DNA from: Candidatus Omnitrophota bacterium
GTDB lineage: Bacteria > Omnitrophota > Gorgyraeia > Tantalellales > Tantalellaceae
NCBI GenBank assembly: GCA_016783605.1
Contig: JADHWG010000001.1
Coordinates: 4,712 to 68,711 of the forward strand
Direction of reading: 5' to 3'
Length of the DNA: 64,000 nucleotides
Numbering within the stretch: the stretch's first letter is position 1; every line of letters starts with the position of its first letter. The translations under genes and the position numbers were made by a program. The notes beneath the pieces are model-generated. The model saw only the letters and a list, made by a program, of their open reading frames with translations, was not told the DNA's origin and searched no databases. Of this stretch, positions 58,725-64,000 are shown one piece after another.

Positions 58725-58905
58725 GTTTTTTCTCTTTGTCAATTAATCGGACAAGGCAGGCCTTGTCCCTACGAACAATATAAAACATACCCAACAAATC
58801 GTAGGGGCCGGGCCTGCCCGGCCCTTTTATCCCCATCATCATTGATAACCTTTATGTGTTGGTGCCATTATAAACGGTTACCTGAATTGTGACAATATAC
58901 ACCCT
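58725..58905. mobile_element. MITE-2, 5'-truncated copy, flanked by a 35-bp duplication of the transketolase-N 3' end
   Basis: Right TIR ggttacctgaattgtgacaat is present and the left TIR is absent. Direct repeats ttgattatcc(g/a)atccgttttttctctt(t/c)gtcaa lie at ~58711..58745 and ~58906..58940. Confidence 0.65.
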
Positions 58906-58917
58906 ACCATTTATTGA

Positions 58918-59757
58918 TTATCCAATCCGTTTTTTCTCTTCGTCAAGCTCTTTTAACGCTTCCGTTAACTCTTCTTTTTTCGGCGCGATACCGTGCCACT
59001 GGGCTTTGTTCTCTATGAACGATACGCCTTTTCCTTTTGTCGTATTCGCGATCAAAATTGATGGAGCACCTTTCGCTTTTCGCGCGTCAGAAAATCCTTT
59101 TCTCAGTTCTTCAAAATCATGCCCGTCGACTTCCGTCACGTGCCATCCGAAACTTTTCCATTTGCCGCAATATTCTCCCAGATCCATCACGTCGCAGCAG
59201 AATCCGTCTATTTGAAGTTTGTTAAAATCAATTATCCCGCACAAGTTATCAAGTTTGTAATGCGCCGCCGTCATCGCCGCTTCCCAAACTTGGCCTTCAT
59301 TGGTTTCTCCGTCTCCCATTAAACAATAAACGCGGGAATCCACATTGTCCATTTTGTCCGCGATCGCCATTCCGAGGGCTACCGAAAGCCCCTGCCCCAA
59401 AGATCCGCTCGATATTTCCACTCCGGGAAGACCGAATTGCGGATGGCCCTGAAGGCGCGACCCTAACTGTCTCAAAGTCCCGAGCTCCTCTTTTTGAAAA
59501 AAACCTTTCTCGGCCAATACCGCGTATAGTGCCGGACATCCATGTCCTTTTGAAAGAATAAATTTGTCGCGGTTTCTTTCTTTCCAATTTTCCGGAGTAA
59601 TGTCCATCTCTTCGAAATATAAAGCCACCAAAATTTCCACTATCGATAACGACCCGCCCGTATGCCCGCTTCCGGCTTTTGACAGCATCGTCAATACATC
59701 CCGCCTTATTTCTATCGCTTTCTCCTTCAGTTCGCCCGTCGTGATCTTTTCTTTCAT
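58918..59757 (-). CDS. transketolase, N-terminal (TPP-binding) subunit
   Basis: GSGHTGGSLS and GDGE…NEG TPP motifs. I moved the start to MKEKITT because the K-rich track N-terminus is unlikely. Confidence 0.85.
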   Translation of the reverse strand: MKEKITTGELKEKAIEIRRDVLTMLSKAGSGHTGGSLSIVEILVALYFEEMDITPENWKERNRDKFILSKGHGCPALYAVLAEKGFFQKEELGTLRQLGSRLQGHPQFGLPGVEISSGSLGQGLSVALGMAIADKMDNVDSRVYCLMGDGETNEGQVWEAAMTAAHYKLDNLCGIIDFNKLQIDGFCCDVMDLGEYCGKWKSFGWHVTEVDGHDFEELRKGFSDARKAKGAPSILIANTTKGKGVSFIENKAQWHGIAPKKEELTEALKELDEEKKRIG

Positions 59758-61289
59758 CTTTTTCTTTCTCTTTTGCTTCTGGTCTTTTTTAGTTTTTTTC
59801 TTATTTCTTTTCTCTTGGGATCCAGTTCCAGAGCTCTTTTCCACTCTCCTCCGGCCTCAACGAGCTTCTCTTGGGCGAAATATACGTCTCCAAGATGTTC
59901 ACGAATAATCGCGTCATCCGGTAAATATTTTACCGCTTTTTCAAGCCAACCTCGCGCGTTTTGAAGTTCACCTTTTTTAAAATACGTCCACCCCAAGCTA
60001 TCAAGATATTCTCCGGTGGACGGTTCCGCGGCAACCGCTTTTTGAAGAAGCCGAACTGCTTCGTCCAACTTGATCCCTTCACTGGCATACATATATCCGA
60101 GCTGATTTAATGCAGACGGCATATCATCCGAGACACGAATAACATCCTCCAAGACAGCTATCGCTTCCATTCGTCTTTGATCTTGTTCAAGGATATCGGC
60201 CAGATACAATTTAAATCTGACGTTCTCGGGATCTTTTTTGATTGCCTTAAGATAATATTCTTCGGCTTTTTTGTAACGCTTTTTCTGATTCTCAAGGGAT
60301 CCGAGTGAAGCATAAATAACCGCGTCCGAGATACCGTTTTCCAGCGCGGTAAGTAAAACCTTTTCCGCTTCGGTATATTTTTTTTCAGAGACGTATATGC
60401 CGAAATTCCTGAGATACGGCGCCGGCGAACGCTTTTCCATCCGCATTAATATTTCGTTTTGTCTCAGGGCTTTGTCCGGTTCATTAAGCCGCGCGTAAAG
60501 CGTCCCAAGCCTTATATGCGCTTCAATAAGTTCCGAATCGAGATCTATCACTTTCCTGTATTGTTCTACAGCTTCGGAATGTTTCCCGCCTATTTCATAA
60601 ATAAATCCGAGAACCATCTGGGCTTCAAGATAGTTTTTATCAAGTTCGATCGCTTTGGTAAGATTTTTTTCAGCTTCCGTTAAGAGATTTAATTTGCCGT
60701 AAATAACGCCCAAATTGAAATAAAGATACTCGTCGTTCTTCTTTTTCTGAAGCATCTTTTCATACACTTCGGCCGCTTTATCATATTCCCGCTGAACAAT
60801 AAAGAGATCCGATAAGAACGTAAGCACTTTCAGATTCTCTGGCTCATATTTCAGCGCTTTTTCGTGCAGTTCTTGAGCTTTATCAAATTCGCCTTTGGTG
60901 GTATACACCGCCGCCAAAAAAAGATGAGCTTTTATGTTCCGCTCATCCAATTCCAACGCTTTTTCCAGCACGACACGAGCCTTATCCGCCTTTTCCAGAA
61001 TCAGAAAATCCGCGCCCAATCTGAGATACACTTCCACAGCTTCATCCGGCGCGAAGGGCAGCACCTTCTCGTACTCACCAATCGCTTTCTCCTGTTCGTC
61101 AAAATTGTCATACACCGCTCCGGCTATGAAATGCGCGAGCGCCGTCGAAATTTCTCTGAGTTTCGGATCTTCCATCCGCGCCGAATCAATTGCCACAGTT
61201 GAAACCGCCTCAGCGCAAGACGCTTGAGGTGCGCTTAAGAACAAAAAACTCATAAAAAAGAAAATAACAGCAAAGATCTTATTCGTCAC
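59754..61289 (-). CDS. TPR-repeat protein with signal peptide
   Basis: At least 10 tetratricopeptide repeats and a basic C-terminal tail. Confidence 0.7.
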   Translation of the reverse strand: MTNKIFAVIFFFMSFLFLSAPQASCAEAVSTVAIDSARMEDPKLREISTALAHFIAGAVYDNFDEQEKAIGEYEKVLPFAPDEAVEVYLRLGADFLILEKADKARVVLEKALELDERNIKAHLFLAAVYTTKGEFDKAQELHEKALKYEPENLKVLTFLSDLFIVQREYDKAAEVYEKMLQKKKNDEYLYFNLGVIYGKLNLLTEAEKNLTKAIELDKNYLEAQMVLGFIYEIGGKHSEAVEQYRKVIDLDSELIEAHIRLGTLYARLNEPDKALRQNEILMRMEKRSPAPYLRNFGIYVSEKKYTEAEKVLLTALENGISDAVIYASLGSLENQKKRYKKAEEYYLKAIKKDPENVRFKLYLADILEQDQRRMEAIAVLEDVIRVSDDMPSALNQLGYMYASEGIKLDEAVRLLQKAVAAEPSTGEYLDSLGWTYFKKGELQNARGWLEKAVKYLPDDAIIREHLGDVYFAQEKLVEAGGEWKRALELDPKRKEIRKKLKKTRSKRERKR

Positions 61290-61487
61290 TTAAGTTATAC
61301 CTTTCTCTTCTTGTGCCGGTCTCTTCTCATTCTTTTTTTCCGTTTATGTCTTTTAACTTTTTTTATTTTTCTTTTCTTCCCACAGGGCATGCCGTTTCCA
61401 CCTCCTTAAATCGGCTGTAACATAGTAGGGTACAGACATGCCTGTACCTACCCTATTAACGGACAAGCACAGGGGCCTGTCCCTTGT

Positions 61488-61752
61488 ATATTGTCACAAT
61501 TCAGGTAACAAATCGATAGTGACCGGGGGGCCACCCGACCATTTTATCCCCTCTTCAATTAATCGGACAAGGCAGGCCTTGTCCCTACGAATAATATAAA
61601 GCATATCACAACAAATCGTACGAATAATATAAAACATGCCACAACAAATCGTAGGGGCCGGGCCTGCCCGGCCCTTTTATCCCCATCATTATTGATAACC
61701 CTTATATGTTGGTGTCATTATAAACGGTTACCTGAATTGTGACAATGTACAC
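61488..61752. mobile_element. MITE-2, complete copy (~265 bp; TIR ATTGTCACAATTCAGGTAAC)
   Basis: Left TIR tattgtcacaattcaggtaac and right TIR gttacctgaattgtgacaatgtaca. Internal conserved blocks aattaatcggacaaggcaggccttgtccctacga and gtaggggccgggcctgcccggccc. Confidence 0.75.
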
Positions 61753-61757
61753 CCTAC

Positions 61758-62636
61758 CTAATATATCACCTTGTTTAACGGATATTCTATGAATCCTTCC
61801 GCGCCGGCTTTTCTTAGGCGCGGGATCAGTTTTTTTAGCGTCTCTTCATCTATAACCGTTTCGATATCCACCCATTTTTCGTCAAAAAGCATGGAAACGG
61901 TCGGAGTTTTTATCGCCGGAAGGATCTTTATTATCTTTTTCACGTCAACTTTCCTGGCGTTCATTTTTAGACCTACTTTTCCTTCGGCAAGGATAGCTCC
62001 CCTCAGAAGCAAAGTTATTCGCTCTATCTTTTCTTTTTTCCACGCGTCCCTCCACGCCTTCTTGTTGGCAATAAACCGCGTGGTTGATTCGCAAACGGTC
62101 TCCACGATCTTTAAGTCATTAGCTCTAAGACTGTTACCGGTTTCGGTCACCTCAACGATCGCGTCTATGCCCATTTTGGGTTTGACTTCCGTCGCTCCCC
62201 AACTGAACTCCACTTCCGCTTTTACGTTTTTTTTTCGAAGAAACCGCTTGGTGACATTAACCAGTTCCGTCGCCACTTTTTTCCCTTTGAGATCTTTTAC
62301 GCCTTTAATACTCGAACCTTTAAGCACCGCGAGAACCCACTTAACCGGTTTCATACTTTGTTTCGCATAAACAAGTTCCGCCACTTTTTTTACATCCGAA
62401 GAATTCTCTTCTATCCAGTCATTCCCCGTTATCCCGCAATCGATGATCCCGTCTTCGACATAACGAGACATTTCCTGCGCTCTAAACAGAATCACCTCTA
62501 TCTCATCATCATCGATATCCGGGAAATACGACCTTGAAGATATTTTGATCTTATATCCCGCTTTATCGAACAGTCTTACCGTGGCTTCCTGAAGGCTCCC
62601 TTTTGGAATGCCTATTTTTAATACTTTTTTACTCAT
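61758..62636 (-). CDS. hisG: ATP phosphoribosyltransferase (long form)
   Basis: [11 protein letters not shown]-terminus; 292 aa including the C-terminal regulatory domain. Confidence 0.85.
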   Translation of the reverse strand: MSKKVLKIGIPKGSLQEATVRLFDKAGYKIKISSRSYFPDIDDDEIEVILFRAQEMSRYVEDGIIDCGITGNDWIEENSSDVKKVAELVYAKQSMKPVKWVLAVLKGSSIKGVKDLKGKKVATELVNVTKRFLRKKNVKAEVEFSWGATEVKPKMGIDAIVEVTETGNSLRANDLKIVETVCESTTRFIANKKAWRDAWKKEKIERITLLLRGAILAEGKVGLKMNARKVDVKKIIKILPAIKTPTVSMLFDEKWVDIETVIDEETLKKLIPRLRKAGAEGFIEYPLNKVIY

Positions 62637-62855
62637 GATTTATCCTCACTTTTCGAACTTTTTAGATATGGACATAGTCCTACCGCCCGTATTGTCGTAT
62701 ACGAAAGTTTCCGTGTCAATTGTATATCAATCCCGGATTATAGTCAATAGACTTGTATGGATGCAGCATACTGTGCTCTTACAAATTTTTTGGCATAATG
62801 TACCAAAGAAAACGACAATTATCCGTAGGGGCACGGCATGCCGTGCCCTAATTAT

Positions 62856-63926
62856 TCAGGAGGCGTGAGGCTCAATAACAACCTTAATGGATGCCCCCGC
62901 TTCGGAAACCAGTTTAAATCCCAGCGCCGTTTCTGACAAAGGCAGGCGATGTGTTATCATTTCCTTGACATTCACCCCTCCGGCGCGAATTAATTCTATC
63001 GCTTCTATCGCGTCCAAAGGGCTATTCCCGTATGACGGCACTAAAGTTATGCCTTTTTTCCAAAATTCGTTAACCGGTATAGCAAGTTCCATATCGGGAT
63101 CTGTCGGCGCGAAGAATAAAACCGTCCCGCCTTTTTCCACCGATCGAAACCCTTGAATAAACGCGGATATTGCCCCGGTTGACACGATCACGATGTCCGC
63201 TAAGGCGCCTTTCGTAGCCGAGAGCATTTCTTTCGTAACGTCGGTATCCGCAGGGATAACGTGATCCGCGCCGAATTTACGCGCGAGTTTAAGCCGCTCT
63301 TCGTTGATATCCGTGGCAATTATGCGCCCCGCGCCGGCATTCCGGGCCAAAGATATGTGAAGAAGTCCGGAAATACCGCTCCCCAGAACCAAAACACTTT
63401 TTCCCGGACTCATCCCGGCGATTCTTTGGCCTCTCAGAACACAAGCCAAAGGTTCAATAAAAACCCCTTCTTCGAAAGAAACTTCGTTCGGCAACAAAAA
63501 AATACCGCGATCCACGTTAATGGACGGCACGCGAATATATTCCGCGAATCCTCCCGGATCATAATTTGTATTCTGGAGCGTTTCGCAGACGGTATGATTC
63601 CCACGAAGACAATGGCGACACGTGTTGCACGGCACATGGTGCGACACAAAAACCCTGTCTCCTATCTTATGCTTTTTTACGTCTTCGCCCACATCAACAA
63701 TAACACCCGCGATCTCATGCCCCAAAACCAAAGGCGCTTTTTTAATGCGATACCACTCCATCACATCACTGCCGCAAATGCCGCTGGCTATAACTTTGAC
63801 CAACACTTCACGTGACGAAATTTTCGGCGTCGGCACTTCTTCGATCCGTACGTCACGATTATTATAATATTTGGCAACACGCATGGTGTCTTTGATTTCA
63901 ATCATACTAAAATCTTCCTCCAGCAT
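62856..63926 (-). CDS. Zn-dependent alcohol dehydrogenase (MDR superfamily; threonine/sorbitol dehydrogenase-like)
   Basis: GHE…GxxV catalytic-zinc motif, structural zinc cysteines CNTCRHC, and a GxGxxG NAD-binding loop. Confidence 0.8.
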   Translation of the reverse strand: MLEEDFSMIEIKDTMRVAKYYNNRDVRIEEVPTPKISSREVLVKVIASGICGSDVMEWYRIKKAPLVLGHEIAGVIVDVGEDVKKHKIGDRVFVSHHVPCNTCRHCLRGNHTVCETLQNTNYDPGGFAEYIRVPSINVDRGIFLLPNEVSFEEGVFIEPLACVLRGQRIAGMSPGKSVLVLGSGISGLLHISLARNAGAGRIIATDINEERLKLARKFGADHVIPADTDVTKEMLSATKGALADIVIVSTGAISAFIQGFRSVEKGGTVLFFAPTDPDMELAIPVNEFWKKGITLVPSYGNSPLDAIEAIELIRAGGVNVKEMITHRLPLSETALGFKLVSEAGASIKVVIEPHAS

Positions 63927-63956
63927 TCACGGGCGGGGAAACGTGCGCCACTTGTA

Positions 63957-64000
63957 CATTGTCATAATTCAGGTAACAAATCGATAGTGACCGGGACCAC
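63957..64000. mobile_element. MITE-2, left end of a further copy running off the window
   Basis: acattgtcataattcaggtaacaaatcgatagtgaccggg. Confidence 0.6.

Noticed and set aside
58918-59844. Lys-rich 29-aa N-terminus (MEKSSGTGSQEKRNKKKTKKDQKQKRKKK) on the transketolase N-subunit.
   Set aside because: It is the reverse-frame reading of the basic tail-coding region of the upstream TPR gene. The transketolase most likely starts at MKEKITT, overlapping the TPR stop.}

Overview
Repeat-rich chromosomal segment from a Gram-negative (diderm) bacterium at roughly 45% GC, probably an uncultured lineage. About 90% of the coding sequence is on the minus strand. The housekeeping backbone is: rlmN; sixA-pcm; serS; archease with a disrupted rtcB; a PhoR/PhoB-like two-component pair with a Na/Pi cotransporter; frr-pyrH-tsf-rpsB; an msbA-like ABC exporter; a lipid A / outer-membrane block (gnnA-like oxidoreductase, lpxB, lpxI, fabZ, lpxC, skp, bamA); dnaB-rplI-rpsR-ssb-rpsF; pth-rplY-prs-glmU; spoVG; ispE; a split transketolase; an FtsH paralog; hisG; a Zn-ADH; and three tRNAs (Ser-UGA, Lys-UUU, Gln-UUG). 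Accessory content sits on top of this backbone. (i) An AT-rich 1.4 kb islet is wedged between the convergent lpxB and lpxI genes and encodes a PilZ-domain protein plus an unknown 223-aa partner in an overlapping operon. (ii) A conserved SxtI/SxtJ/SxtK-like triad (carbamoyltransferase, SxtJ-like, and an unannotated 52-aa DUF5989-like ORF) lies next to a GH3-family adenylating enzyme and an arginase-fold protein. (iii) A degraded island sits at the 3' side of tRNA-Lys: a Pif1-like helicase, a HEPN/MNT toxin-antitoxin pair flanked by a duplicated hairpin, a GIY-YIG nuclease and 82-bp tandem repeats that abut the tRNA CCA. (iv) An orphan LysW-like carrier protein is followed by a 27-aa Lys-rich peptide. 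(v) A DUF3800 gene lies between a MITE and tRNA-Gln. (vi) A giant 1630-aa secreted protein carries an HExxH motif. Nearly every intergenic region holds members of several palindromic or MITE-like repeat families. Two of these have clear hallmarks of mobility: a 139-bp MITE with 8-bp target-site duplications (TSDs), and a ~265-bp MITE with terminal inverted repeats (TIRs). There are also REP/BIME-like composites (GGGCACGGCATGCCGTGCCC) and a triloop hairpin family (CACCTACGAGGTG), one double copy of which is inserted in frame inside ispE. All coordinates I derived myself (tRNAs, repeats, the small ORFs at 10550-10708 and 20591-20674) are approximate (±3 bp).
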